64,000 nt of DNA from a virus (IMGVR_UViG_2513237329_000013:63252-127251), one strand, 5' to 3'. Numbered from the stretch's first letter, positions 25,213 through 35,795 are shown. Notes: a model not told the origin generated them from the sequence alone. A program made the numbers and translations.

Positions 25213-26292
25213 GTGATTAAGAAGGTTGATCGGAAAAATCGGTTTGTAGCGATGTTTAATCCTACGACTGGCTTTTATGCTCGTAGCGGTGTGATTGATG
25301 AGAATGGTCATGACACCGGCGTAGATCCGTTTATGACAGCGTTCCCAGAGCTGATTGATGTCGGCGTGATGGGGCATTGTGTTCACGGAGCAAGCGGTCT
25401 TTGCTTTAAGTCTGGCGTTCAGTGCTATCAGAACGGATTAAAAACCAAAGAGCCAAATATGACGCTTGAAAATTTCAAACGCATTGTTGACGAATGTAAG
25501 GGTAAAACATTTCAGCTCGCGCTTGGCGGTCGTGGTGATGTTGACCAGCACGAAAATTTTGCTGAGATTTTGCAGTATTGTAGGGAAAACAATATCGTGC
25601 CGAATTTCACTTCTTCTGGGCTTGGCTTTACAGATGAGATTGTAGATCTGTGTAGAAGATACTGTGGTGCAGTAGCAATCTCCTGGTATCGTCAGAAACA
25701 TACATACCGTGCGATTCAGATGCTTTTGGATGCTGGCGTAAAAACGAACATTCATTATGTTCTTGGAAACAATTCTGTTGAAGAAGCAATTATGCGGCTA
25801 AAAAATAATGGTTTTCCTGCTGGCATTAACGCAGTGATTTTCCTTCTTCACAAACCCGTTGGACTCGGAAGCGAAGAGAATGTTTTGCAGATGGATAACC
25901 CGCTCGTAAGACAGTTCTTTGAGATCGTGGATACACAGAAATTCAATTTCAAAATTGGCTTCGACTCATGTTCTATTCCAGCCGTTTTGAATCTGACTCA
26001 CAATATTGACCACGATAGTATTGATACTTGCGAGGGTGGCAGATGGAGCATGTATATTACAAGCGATATGAAAGCTTTGCCTTGTAGCTTCGATAATCAA
26101 GAGCTGCGTTGGGCGTTTGATATTAGCAATGCAAGTATCGAAGAAGCTTGGAATAGTCAGCAGTTTGAAAGCTTCAGAAGCCATTTCAGAAATTCTTGCC
26201 CGAATTGTCAGTGCCAACACGCTTGTATGGGCGGTTGTCCGATTCGTCCGCAAGTAGTTTTGTGCGATAAGGTAGAAAAGGAGCTGTATTAA
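25213..26292 (+). CDS. Radical SAM/SPASM-domain protein
   Basis: Atypical CX7CX6C cluster motif, LGGRGD, CEGG...PCSF...CPNC...C..GCP SPASM. Confidence 0.85.
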   Translation: MIKKVDRKNRFVAMFNPTTGFYARSGVIDENGHDTGVDPFMTAFPELIDVGVMGHCVHGASGLCFKSGVQCYQNGLKTKEPNMTLENFKRIVDECKGKTFQLALGGRGDVDQHENFAEILQYCRENNIVPNFTSSGLGFTDEIVDLCRRYCGAVAISWYRQKHTYRAIQMLLDAGVKTNIHYVLGNNSVEEAIMRLKNNGFPAGINAVIFLLHKPVGLGSEENVLQMDNPLVRQFFEIVDTQKFNFKIGFDSCSIPAVLNLTHNIDHDSIDTCEGGRWSMYITSDMKALPCSFDNQELRWAFDISNASIEEAWNSQQFESFRSHFRNSCPNCQCQHACMGGCPIRPQVVLCDKVEKELY

Positions 26293-26481
26293 ATGAGAGA
26301 TCCGAAGCGAATCCGAAAATTCTGCAATGAGCTTGCAGATTTATGGGAGAGCAAATGTCCAGATTTGAGATTTGGTCAGATAATGGCTTATGTTTCAAGC
26401 AAATGCGGAGATCCATTTTATACGGAAGATGAAGAGCTGATGAATCAGCTAAAGAAAATATTTGAACGAGGTACAATATGA
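26293..26481 (+). CDS. Small conserved protein
   Basis: MRDPKRI...WESKCPDLRFGQ...DPFYTED. Confidence 0.7.
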   Translation: MRDPKRIRKFCNELADLWESKCPDLRFGQIMAYVSSKCGDPFYTEDEELMNQLKKIFERGTI

Positions 26482-27029
26482 AAAATAAAACTACATGGAT
26501 TATCGTTGGCATTGTCCTTGCCGTCATCATTCTGATTGTCGGCATTTTTGCCGGTGCGAACAACAAAGCTATATTTTTGGAAGAGCAGATTAACGGCGCT
26601 CAGGCCAATATCAATGTTGCCGAAAAACGCCGCGTTGATCTGGTTTATAACCTCGTGGATGCAGTGCAGGCATATCAGGATTATGAGGGCAAAACGCTTG
26701 AGGCCATTACCGCTGCCAGATCCAGTGTGAGTAATGGCGATATTGATGAGGCTAAGGTGTCTATCAATGCCGTGGCAGAAGCGTATCCGGAGCTGAAAGC
26801 AAATGAAAATTATCAACAGCTTATGAATGAGCTTGCTATGACAGAAAACCAGATCGCACAGTATCGCAATAATTATAATGAGCAAGTTCGAGCATATAAC
26901 AAGATGATTCGTTCTTTCCCAAACAATGTTATCCTGAGTATTCTTGGATATGAACGAATTGAAACGATCTATACCGATTATGGTGCGCCGGTCGATGCAC
27001 CGCAGAATCTCTTTAATAATGGTAATTAA
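26478..27029 (+). CDS. lemA: LemA family protein
   Basis: N-terminal TM; RRVDLVYNLV; AVAEAYPELKAN; TENQIA; FPNNV. Confidence 0.9.
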   Translation: MKNKTTWIIVGIVLAVIILIVGIFAGANNKAIFLEEQINGAQANINVAEKRRVDLVYNLVDAVQAYQDYEGKTLEAITAARSSVSNGDIDEAKVSINAVAEAYPELKANENYQQLMNELAMTENQIAQYRNNYNEQVRAYNKMIRSFPNNVILSILGYERIETIYTDYGAPVDAPQNLFNNGN

Positions 27030-27774
27030 AAAACGAGAACTGCTTTTCAGCGTAATTATTGTCTGCGTCCTACTTTGCCTTGGTCTATTTATAAGTGGAA
27101 AGATTTCATATGGCGCGGCGCAGACAGCGGAGAAGTATGCAACCGCAACGATTATTGAGGATCATTCACAATTCCGGTACGGTATGAATACTGACTTCGG
27201 CAATGTGTTGCTGTATGGAGAGCTGAGTACGGATTCGCCTGTGACTTTCGATGAGATTGGTAATGGTTATATTTACATTGAGAAAGTTCGTGAGGATTAC
27301 ACAAGACATACCAGAACCGTTACAAAGAAAGACAGCAATGGCAATACATACACAGAAACAGAGGTCTACTACTCATGGGACTATGTTTCCAGTGAACATC
27401 TTGCTACGGATACGATTGTGTTTTTGGGTGAACCATTTTCATATGGCACAATTTCTTTGCCAGTGCGACGTCTGAACTTAGCTGATGCAGGTGTTGAAAA
27501 GCAGCGATGGAACTATATTTATAAGAACAGCGATACAAGGTACTATTACAATGTAACAGATGTATCTCTTGTCGGGACTGTCTTTGCTACATTGAGTGAT
27601 GGGACAATAAAGAACGCTTCTTCTCTATACGAAAATGACACTCCGGTGGAAGTGATTGAATCTGTACAACAGTCAGAAACGCTTTATTTGATTTTCTTTT
27701 GGCTGGCTTGGGTTGTTTTTATGGCCGGCTGTGTTTATGGATTTTTGTATTTAGAGAATCGTTGGCTCGATTGA
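27019..27774 (+). CDS. Membrane protein (2 TM)
   Basis: N- and C-terminal hydrophobic helices; partner of LemA. Confidence 0.75.
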   Translation: MVIKKRELLFSVIIVCVLLCLGLFISGKISYGAAQTAEKYATATIIEDHSQFRYGMNTDFGNVLLYGELSTDSPVTFDEIGNGYIYIEKVREDYTRHTRTVTKKDSNGNTYTETEVYYSWDYVSSEHLATDTIVFLGEPFSYGTISLPVRRLNLADAGVEKQRWNYIYKNSDTRYYYNVTDVSLVGTVFATLSDGTIKNASSLYENDTPVEVIESVQQSETLYLIFFWLAWVVFMAGCVYGFLYLENRWLD

Positions 27775-27793
27775 ACGTCTGGAGGACAATGAC

Positions 27794-28000
27794 ATGAACC
27801 TATATGCTGTTTTTGCAGATTATAGAAAGAACAATGAGCATAGATATCCGTATTATGTTCGTGCAAATTCTATTCGTGAGGCTCGAACAAAATTTCAAGA
27901 CAAAATATCTTGGCTTACGATATTAAAGATCGAGCCTGTAACGGATAAGGAGCTGTGTCATAAGGTTTTCAGCAATCCATTGGGGTACATTTTCTTTTGA
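27794..28000 (+). CDS. Hypothetical protein
   Basis: GGAGG RBS. Confidence 0.65.
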   Translation: MNLYAVFADYRKNNEHRYPYYVRANSIREARTKFQDKISWLTILKIEPVTDKELCHKVFSNPLGYIFF

Positions 28001-28019
28001 TTTGTTTTGGAGGGGCAAA

Positions 28020-28631
28020 ATGATTATTGAAGACAAACGATACGAGATTGATGAAGTCTTTCGTATGATCGGAGAAGAGTATTTATCTCTTGACACAGAT
28101 AAAGGGAAGAAAAACTCAGATATCGTAGTGGACGGGTTTCGCGTTCATCCGATTTCTCTCCGTTATATGACTTTCTATCAGAAAGGTACTGCATGTGCAT
28201 ATTGCGGAAAAGTCGGAACGCATTTTAAGCTTTGTGGCGATCCAGATTCGCAGCGTAGACATTTCAACTTGTTTGCAGATGACGGCTCTCTGATTACGAA
28301 GGATCATATTGTTCCGAAAAGTAAAGGCGGAAAAGACTGTGTTTCTAACATGCAGCCGATGTGCAAGGCGTGTAATGAATAGAAAGGTAACTATCATCCT
28401 GAAATTAAAGTTGATTACATCGCAGCATTCAATCAGAGAACGGGTAACACTTCCCTTTTTAGAACAATTAACAAAGCAGCATACCATGTTATTTCTGCGC
28501 ATTTGCGTCCACCCAAGAAAGACAAGGATCTTATCATTAACACCTCGATCAATGCGGTACTTGCAATTCAGAACGCTATCAAAACTGGCTGTTCGTATTG
28601 CGGATACACATGGTCTATTGAGCAACGGTAA
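28020..28631 (+). pseudogene. HNH endonuclease interrupted by an in-frame TAG at 28380
   Basis: CAYC...TKDHIVPKSKGG...NMQPMCKACNE*KGN; the frame stays open for 82 more codons. Confidence 0.7.
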
Positions 28632-28664
28632 GGAGCTTGTTAAATAATATCAAGGAGTGAAATT

Positions 28665-29180
28665 ATGAAAGTTAGGCGCGATTTTGTGACAAACAGTAGC
28701 TCCAGCAGTTTTATTATCGCTTTTGCGGATAAGGCTGATGGTCTACAACAGATTGATGATCTCAGACATAGATACGGCTCTGATTATGTCGATCAGCTTT
28801 TGACGGACTTCTCAAACAGCGAACCGATTTCTCATGACAAAATCAGAGAGCGTTTTGAGGATGAGTTTGAGTGCGAAGCAAGTTACATTCTCAATTATGG
28901 TAGTGATGGTTGGTGGTCTGACGATAAACCGACCTTTAGAAAAAAGTGGGAGGACGCTCATCCTGGCGCAACTGGCGCTGATTACTATAATTCTCCGGAA
29001 CGGAAAGCTACTATCAAAGAGTATGTGGAAAATGCTTTCAAGAAGTTGTTTAACGACATTGATTCTTCTCCATATTTGGTTGAGCTTGAATATGAAGACC
29101 ATACGGATGTTGGCAGTGCGTTAGAACATGACATTCTTCCAAACTGCGATTTTACGGTGCGCAGATTCAGTCATCATTAA
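28665..29180 (+). CDS. MKxRxDFVTNSSSSS-family protein 1
   Basis: Shared N-terminal motif. Confidence 0.8.
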   Translation: MKVRRDFVTNSSSSSFIIAFADKADGLQQIDDLRHRYGSDYVDQLLTDFSNSEPISHDKIRERFEDEFECEASYILNYGSDGWWSDDKPTFRKKWEDAHPGATGADYYNSPERKATIKEYVENAFKKLFNDIDSSPYLVELEYEDHTDVGSALEHDILPNCDFTVRRFSHH

Positions 29181-29194
29181 AAGGAGGATACGAT

Positions 29195-29755
29195 TTGAAG
29201 TTTCGCAAAGATTTTGTAACCAATTCCAGTAGTTCCAGTTATACATGTGATATCTGCGGTGCAACGGAATCTGGTTGGGATATAAGTTTAGAAGAAGCCG
29301 GCATGGTTGAATGCGTAAATGGGCATACAATCTGCAATGATGAGTTACTTGAGATTCCGCGCAAAGAACTGATTAAAAAGATTTTGGAGTCAGGCTACGA
29401 AAAAGAAAGTGAAGAAGAGCTGAATGGTCAGTACGACGATGATTCACTTCTCGATATCTTCTGGGATCAGGCAGACAATCGTTATGCTGCTCCGGAAGAG
29501 TTTTGTCCGATTTGCCAGTTTATCGAGTATTCGCAGTACGACCTTGGAAAGTATCTCGAAAAAGAATACAAGGTTTCCCGCAGTGATGTATTTGCAAAGG
29601 TAAAAGCAGTGAATAAGCGTCGCAAGAAGCTGTACGATAGCGAATATGTGACAGAGGTATGTAAGCAGTTCGACCTTAATCCTGTCGATATTGTAGCTGG
29701 CCTGAAGAAGAGATTTGTTACCTACCGTGCATTCAGCGATTATATTCTGAGGTAA
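29195..29755 (+). CDS. MKxRxDFVTNSSSSS-family protein 2 (Zn-binding)
   Basis: Shared motif; CDIC, CVNGH..C, CPIC. Confidence 0.8.
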   Translation: MKFRKDFVTNSSSSSYTCDICGATESGWDISLEEAGMVECVNGHTICNDELLEIPRKELIKKILESGYEKESEEELNGQYDDDSLLDIFWDQADNRYAAPEEFCPICQFIEYSQYDLGKYLEKEYKVSRSDVFAKVKAVNKRRKKLYDSEYVTEVCKQFDLNPVDIVAGLKKRFVTYRAFSDYILR

Positions 29756-29760
29756 TTGAA

Positions 29761-30195
29761 ATGAAAATTAGAGAAGACTTTGTAACGAATAGTAGTAGCT
29801 CAAGCTATGTTATCGCCTATAAAGCATCTCCAAACTTCGACGAAGAGACTATTCGGCGTTATCCAATTCTGAAAGGGGTTACAACCGTTTTAGAGAGTGT
29901 TTTGCTTGCCGCAAATGATTATGGCGACACGACAGAGGGTGAACAGATTAAAACTGTTGAGGAACTGGATAAATATTTTGTCGGATGCTATGGATATGGG
30001 GAGATCAATACGCTTCCCCGCATCTTGGATGATGACCATTATCTAAAAGAGCATTATGATAAGTGTTCTAAGCTGTTAAACGATGGTTATAACATCGTTT
30101 TCAAGCAGGTTGATTATAATGATAGCACTTTTGATTCTATCATTCGTAACCTGGCAAACACAGATGGCATTGTTCAGATTATTGCTGATGAATAA
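29761..30195 (+). CDS. MKxRxDFVTNSSSSS-family protein 3
   Basis: Shared N-terminal motif. Confidence 0.8.
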   Translation: MKIREDFVTNSSSSSYVIAYKASPNFDEETIRRYPILKGVTTVLESVLLAANDYGDTTEGEQIKTVEELDKYFVGCYGYGEINTLPRILDDDHYLKEHYDKCSKLLNDGYNIVFKQVDYNDSTFDSIIRNLANTDGIVQIIADE

Positions 30196-30208
30196 TTGGA
30201 GGTGAATT

Positions 30209-31648
30209 ATGTACGCAGCATATGTAACTCGTATTAAGAATTTGCGCAAACATTCAAACGCGGATCGACTTCTCTGCGGTGAATGTTTTGGCAATACGGT
30301 AATTGTGGGCTTGGATACAAAGCCAGAAGAGCTTGGTGTTTATTTCCCCGTAGATGGCAAGCTTGGAACTGAGTATGCGGTGAAGAATGACCTGCTTCGG
30401 CGTAAGGATGAAAACGGTAAGCCGGCTGGTGGTTATCTCGATCCTGAAAAGCGCAATATTAAGGCGTTGAAGCTTCGTGGCGAAAAGAGCGATGGCTTGT
30501 TTATGCCGTTGTCCAGTTTGAACGGGTTTACGGATATTGCAAAGCTCCGTGAGGGCGATGTAATTACCATTTTGAATGGTGTCACAATTTGTGAGAAGTA
30601 TATCCCACGTCGTAAGAAGAGTACCATTATGGTTGGGGGGGGTAGGACTCGTAAGCATCACGATCCTATTGCCCCGCTCTTTGCGGAACATGCTGACACG
30701 GAACAGCTTGCATATAACCTCAGCGCATTTCACCAAGGCGATCTTGTTGAGATTACTTTGAAAATGCACGGTACATCTCAGCGAACCGGATATCTGCCAA
30801 CGCTTAAAGGATATAAGAGGACATTGCTTGATAAACTCCTACATCGCGTTGGTTCTCCGATTTATAATTGGGGATATGTAACTGGCACTCGTCGTGTTGT
30901 TCTGGATGATTTTGACGGCGGCTTCTATGGCAGCAATGCTTTCCGTGAACAGCATAGCAAGGTTTTTGAAGGTAAGCTTCATAAGGGCGAAACCGTGTAC
31001 TATGAAGTCGTTGGCTTTACGCAAGACAAGCAGCCTATTATGGCATCTTGCGACAATAAAAAAGTCGGTGATAAGGAATTTGTTAAACAATACGGAGAAA
31101 AGACAGTGTTTAGCTATGGTTGCTATCCGGACGGTGTAAAGGAAGTAACAAATCCGAAAATTACATACGCAACAGTAATGATTGGCGATACCTCTTTTAC
31201 AGCAAATGAGATTACGGAATATGAATCTGCTCCGCAGTCTGATTTTTATGTGTATCGAATGACGATGACAAATGAGGATGGCGATGTTGTCGAATACACA
31301 CCTGACTTTATGCGTTATCGTTGTGAGCAGATGGGTGTTAAGTGCGTTCCGCTATTCGCTCGATTCATCATTCCGGATTACATCCAGCTTCCTGATGCTG
31401 TTGGATCTCCGATGGCTGTCAATGCTGGCGAATATGTCAAGGAGATTGCCGAAAACTTCTATGATGGTGCAGACCCGATTGGTAAGTCGCATGTCCGAGA
31501 GGGCGTTGTTTGCCGTATCGTAAACCGCCCAAAGTTTACAGCATATAAGCACAAGAATTTTGCATTCAAGGTACTTGAGGGAATTGTAAAGGATATTGCG
31601 TCTGCTCCGGACATGGAAGAAGCGCAGGATGAGACAAGCGCCGCGTAA
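30209..31648 (+). CDS. ATP-dependent RNA ligase (DRB0094/Rnl-like) with N-terminal OB/tRNA-binding-like domain
   Basis: HSNADRL, KLRGEKSDGL, TLKMHGTS (motif I), YYEVVG, REGVV, KHKNFAF. Confidence 0.8.
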   Translation: MYAAYVTRIKNLRKHSNADRLLCGECFGNTVIVGLDTKPEELGVYFPVDGKLGTEYAVKNDLLRRKDENGKPAGGYLDPEKRNIKALKLRGEKSDGLFMPLSSLNGFTDIAKLREGDVITILNGVTICEKYIPRRKKSTIMVGGGRTRKHHDPIAPLFAEHADTEQLAYNLSAFHQGDLVEITLKMHGTSQRTGYLPTLKGYKRTLLDKLLHRVGSPIYNWGYVTGTRRVVLDDFDGGFYGSNAFREQHSKVFEGKLHKGETVYYEVVGFTQDKQPIMASCDNKKVGDKEFVKQYGEKTVFSYGCYPDGVKEVTNPKITYATVMIGDTSFTANEITEYESAPQSDFYVYRMTMTNEDGDVVEYTPDFMRYRCEQMGVKCVPLFARFIIPDYIQLPDAVGSPMAVNAGEYVKEIAENFYDGADPIGKSHVREGVVCRIVNRPKFTAYKHKNFAFKVLEGIVKDIASAPDMEEAQDETSAA

Positions 31649-31767
31649 CGACATTACGCATCTTATCCATCAATGCTGAACGGTGTGCTGGAATATGCAC
31701 GAATTTGTAGTTCCAGCACACTGCAGGCATATTGCCAGAGATTGTATTTTGAAAGAGAGGTGCTGTG

Positions 31768-32589
31768 ATGAGTGACAGAGTAAAGATTATGAAACGGCTT
31801 TCTGAACACCTCGAAGCAGTAAGAGACAAACACCCTGAGTGGGTTGGTATTTTTCTTCAAGGTTCACAAAACTACAACTTAGACTATGAGGGAAGCGATA
31901 TTGATTCCAAGCTGATTGTCCTCCCTTCGTTTGAAGATTTTGTTTTGAACAAAAGACCATATAGTTACACACACATCATGGAAAACGATGAACATGTAGA
32001 TGTTAAGGATATTCGTCTGATGCTCGATTGCTTCAAAAAGCAGAATGTAAATTTTGTTGAGATTCTTTTTACGCCGTACCGTATCTTGAATCCAAAGTAC
32101 GAAGCTTTGTTCCAGCCGATTCTTGATATTGCAGAGAGAGTCGGTCGATATAACAACTATGCCGCATTGAATTGCATGGTAGGAATGGCGCTCGAAAAGC
32201 AAAAGGCATTGTGCCACCCATATCCTGCAACAAAAGACAAGATTGATAAATACGGGTTCGATAGCAAACAGTATCATCACATTGAGCGTCTTTATGAATT
32301 CATGCAGCGTTGGCTTAATGGCGAGCCATATCGTGATTGCCTCGTTTCTAAACAAGTGGAGCGTCTTAGAGAAATCAAGCTTTATATTAACTGCGATCTT
32401 ACAACGGCGCAGGTCAATTCGGATAGAATCGTATCTGAGATGAAATCAATCAAGGACACTTATATGCAGCAGAATCCAGTTGTAGTAGACCGTGAGGTTG
32501 ATTCGGTTTTCAATAAAGTTCTGCTTGATTTATTTAAGTTCAACTTCCAGTGCGAGCTTGGTAACGACTCGCCCAATAAAAAGGAGTAA
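31768..32589 (+). CDS. DNA pol-beta-superfamily nucleotidyltransferase
   Basis: GSQNYNL...SDID; KQNVNFVEILF. Confidence 0.8.
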   Translation: MSDRVKIMKRLSEHLEAVRDKHPEWVGIFLQGSQNYNLDYEGSDIDSKLIVLPSFEDFVLNKRPYSYTHIMENDEHVDVKDIRLMLDCFKKQNVNFVEILFTPYRILNPKYEALFQPILDIAERVGRYNNYAALNCMVGMALEKQKALCHPYPATKDKIDKYGFDSKQYHHIERLYEFMQRWLNGEPYRDCLVSKQVERLREIKLYINCDLTTAQVNSDRIVSEMKSIKDTYMQQNPVVVDREVDSVFNKVLLDLFKFNFQCELGNDSPNKKE

Positions 32590-32593
32590 GAAT

Positions 32594-33508
32594 ATGTCTA
32601 TCTTTTTTATGATGGTAGGTCTTCCGTACAGCGGAAAATCTGTTTATGCGGAGGGGCTGCGAGAGAAGTTCGGCGCAGAGATTCATTCCAGCGATGCAAT
32701 TCGAGCAGAGATTCTTGGAAATGTACAGGATCAGACAAACAATCAGATTGTTTTTGACACTCTGCACAAGCGTGTAATTTCTGATTTGTCTGCTGGTAAA
32801 AATGTAATCTACGACGCGACGAATATCAATTACAAGCGGCGTATTGATCTGCTGAATCGCTTGTCAAAGGTAAAGTGTCAGAAGGTCTGTATCGTTATGG
32901 CGACACCTTTTCACGAATGTGAAGAGCGTAGCAAGCATCGTGAGCGTGTTGTCCCACACGAGGTTCTTGTGCGTATGTATAAGAATTTCTGGATTCCATA
33001 CTGGTATGAGGGGTGGGACGTAATCGAGCTTGTTTATCCAGATAATTTTGAGCCGTACAGTGTAAGTGATTTATTTAATCGTGATGGAGGACTGAATAGC
33101 TTCGAGCAGGACAATCCGCATCATATTTTCACGGTTGGACATCATTGTATTGCTACATACGGGCTGGTTTCTGATGGAAGTGCAGAGCTTCAGGAGGCTG
33201 CTCTTCTTCATGATATCGGTAAGCCTTTCACAAAAAGCTTTGTTAATAGTAAGGGCGAAACAACAGAGATTGCTCATTATTATGAACATCAGCATGTTTC
33301 AGCCTATGATAGCTTGTTCTACTCAAATCCAAGTTTGAATCGGCTGTATATCGCAAATATCATCCAGTGGCATATGCGTCCGTTTGAACTTGAACGAGAT
33401 TCCCATTCTGGCAAAGCACAGAAGCGGTTCAAAAAGCTTGTTGGCAATAAGCTTTATTCAGATGTGATGAAACTTCACGCCGCTGATATCGAAGCAAAAG
33501 GAACTTGA
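32594..33508 (+). CDS. Polynucleotide kinase (AAA_33) + HD phosphohydrolase
   Basis: GLPYSGKS, SSDAIR, YDATN; HH...ALLHDIGK...HM...D. Confidence 0.85.
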   Translation: MSIFFMMVGLPYSGKSVYAEGLREKFGAEIHSSDAIRAEILGNVQDQTNNQIVFDTLHKRVISDLSAGKNVIYDATNINYKRRIDLLNRLSKVKCQKVCIVMATPFHECEERSKHRERVVPHEVLVRMYKNFWIPYWYEGWDVIELVYPDNFEPYSVSDLFNRDGGLNSFEQDNPHHIFTVGHHCIATYGLVSDGSAELQEAALLHDIGKPFTKSFVNSKGETTEIAHYYEHQHVSAYDSLFYSNPSLNRLYIANIIQWHMRPFELERDSHSGKAQKRFKKLVGNKLYSDVMKLHAADIEAKGT

Positions 33509-34470
33509 TAAACAATATAAAGTGGGTGTTTGGCATTTACAGTAAAGAAGATTTAGATGTGATGCAGTCATGGGATTTGCAGCGAAAAATTCAAGTAACT
33601 ACAACTCGTATCATTGAGTGGTATGAGTATTTCGGCGGAAATGTTTATGTTGCATTTTCTGGCGGTAAAGATAGTACGGTTTTGCTTGATATCGTTCGCC
33701 GTATTTATCCAGATGTACCGGCTGTATTTTGTGATACTGGCTTGGAGTTTCCAGAAATTCGAGAATTTGTTAAGCAGCATGATAATGTTGTGATTTTGCG
33801 ACCTGAGATGAATTTCAGAAAGGTTATCGAAACATACGGATATCCAGTTGTCTCAAAGAGAGTTGCCGACACCGTAGAATATGGCAGTAAGCCAGGTTCT
33901 TATCGGTGGAAAGAGCTTCACGGAGAAATTATCCGTAGTAATGGCACTCCGTCGGAGTTTAATTGCGAAAAGTGGTGCTATCTTCTGGACGCTCCATTTA
34001 AGGTTTCTTCTCGTTGCTGCAATATTATGAAGAAGAAACCGCTGAAGAAGTATTTCAAAGAGACTGGTCGCGTTCCCATTATTGCAACTATGGCAGACGA
34101 GAGCCGATCTCGTAGATCTGCATGGATGAGACAAGGCTGTAATGCTTTTAGTAAGAAATCTCCAAGTTCTCAGCCGATGTCTTTCTGGACAGAAAATGAT
34201 GTTCTTGAGTATTTGCACACCTACAATATTCCCTACGCCTCCGTTTATGGCGAGATTATACCTTGCGGGGGGGGGTGGACAACGACAGGTGAAAGAAGAA
34301 CTGGTTGTGTCTTTTGCGCATTTGGCGCTCATCTGGAGAAGTCTCCAAACCGTTTCCAGCGATTAAAGGAAACGCATCCTAAGCTATGGGAATATTGTAT
34401 GAAGCCTTGGAGCGAACATGGCTTAGGTATGCGAACAGTATTAGAGTACATTGGTATTCCGTGTGAATAG
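33505..34470 (+). CDS. PAPS-reductase-family (PP-loop) protein 1
   Basis: FSGGKDS, DTGLEFP, CC...KKKP, RTGCVFC; in-frame G9 tract. Confidence 0.85.
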   Translation: MINNIKWVFGIYSKEDLDVMQSWDLQRKIQVTTTRIIEWYEYFGGNVYVAFSGGKDSTVLLDIVRRIYPDVPAVFCDTGLEFPEIREFVKQHDNVVILRPEMNFRKVIETYGYPVVSKRVADTVEYGSKPGSYRWKELHGEIIRSNGTPSEFNCEKWCYLLDAPFKVSSRCCNIMKKKPLKKYFKETGRVPIIATMADESRSRRSAWMRQGCNAFSKKSPSSQPMSFWTENDVLEYLHTYNIPYASVYGEIIPCGGGWTTTGERRTGCVFCAFGAHLEKSPNRFQRLKETHPKLWEYCMKPWSEHGLGMRTVLEYIGIPCE

Positions 34471-34486
34471 AAAGTGAGTTTTTGTA

Positions 34487-35795
34487 ATGCAACCAATTTT
34501 CAAAGAATACGCTCATTTCTTACATGATAATGGGTGTGATATATCTTGGTTTCAAGAAAGGACATATTGGTTGGATCACAACATTGTAAAAGCGTTTACG
34601 AGGGGGGGGGCAGCGGCTAATCTCGCTATATAAAATCGCTGTTTCTGACGATCTTACCGTTGCTCTTACAAAACACAAACAAAATGTTGATGGTCTGCAA
34701 TTTGAATCCTGGGACGAAACTATCGCGCGTTTTAGACCGCATCTTGAAAGTATTGAGCGTGATAGCATCGCTCTTCTTCGTCAGTATGGAATTGGGACAG
34801 AGCGGAAGATAGTCAATACAAATTCTACTGGCAAGGACAGCATGGTTGTTACACATCTTGCGAAAAAAGCAGGATTAAATTTTGAAACATATTTTAATGT
34901 TACAACCTTGGATGTTGCGGAAAGTAATCGTATGGCAAAGCGAAACGGATTCAAACACATTCTGCCCAATCCGGAGTATGGTGGATTTTACAAGTACATC
35001 CAACGCTATGATGGGGGGGGCAACCAAATGATACCAAGTAGATTGAATCGCTTCTGCTGTAATTATTTTAAGGAAAGCCCAACAATTGACTATTTTCCTG
35101 ACGATGAGCCTCTGATTTTCTTATTTGGAATGAGGAATCAAGAATCAGTTCGCCGGTCTGGTTATAAGGACATCTGGAAAAATGAAAAGTGGGGCGAGCG
35201 CGACTGGATTGCTCTTCTTCCAATTCGTCAATGGTCTGAGTTTGATATCTGGCTTTATATTTTGTCGGAAGATATTGAAATCAACGACAAGTATAGATAC
35301 GGATATGATCGCGTTGGATGTGGTATTGCTTGTCCGAATTATACAAAGTATACATGGGTTCTTGATAAATACTGGTATCCATATTTGTTTAATCGGTGGA
35401 GAAATATCTTACGGAACGACTTTATCAACAATAACAAGTGGCTCATTATGAATTGCACCGTTGATGAGTATGTAACAAAAGCATGGACTGGCGGTGTATA
35501 TCGTGACGAGCCGACAGAAGAGGTTATTTCTGAATTTTCTCAGTATTCTGGGCTGGATATACCAATTGCAAGAAAGTATTTTAATCGCTATTGCGCAAAT
35601 GGATGTATTAACAAGCGCCGTCAGCCTCTTCGGATCAAAGATAGAAATGCTCTTGCCATGAATATGAAAATGTTTGGAAGAAATATAAATCATTTTTTGT
35701 GCAAGAAATGCCTTATGAAAGAATTTGGTTGGAGCAAATCTCAATGGGACGAAAAAGTCAATGAATTCAAGGAACAAGGCTGTCAATTATTTTGA
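34487..35795 (+). CDS. PAPS-reductase-family protein 2, frameshifted at G9 (34602-34610)
   Basis: Deleting one G joins the ATG 34487 frame to STGKDS...RFCC...GMRNQES...RVGCGIAC. Confidence 0.75.

Noticed and set aside
28380-28382. Genome-wide TAG recoding
   Set aside because: Only one internal TAG was seen, several genes end normally in TAG (2264, 10008, 34470, 44260), and there is no suppressor tRNA.
33505-35795. Dnd phosphorothioation system or sulfate assimilation
   Set aside because: No DndA/B/D/E, Ssp or cys pathway partners in the window.
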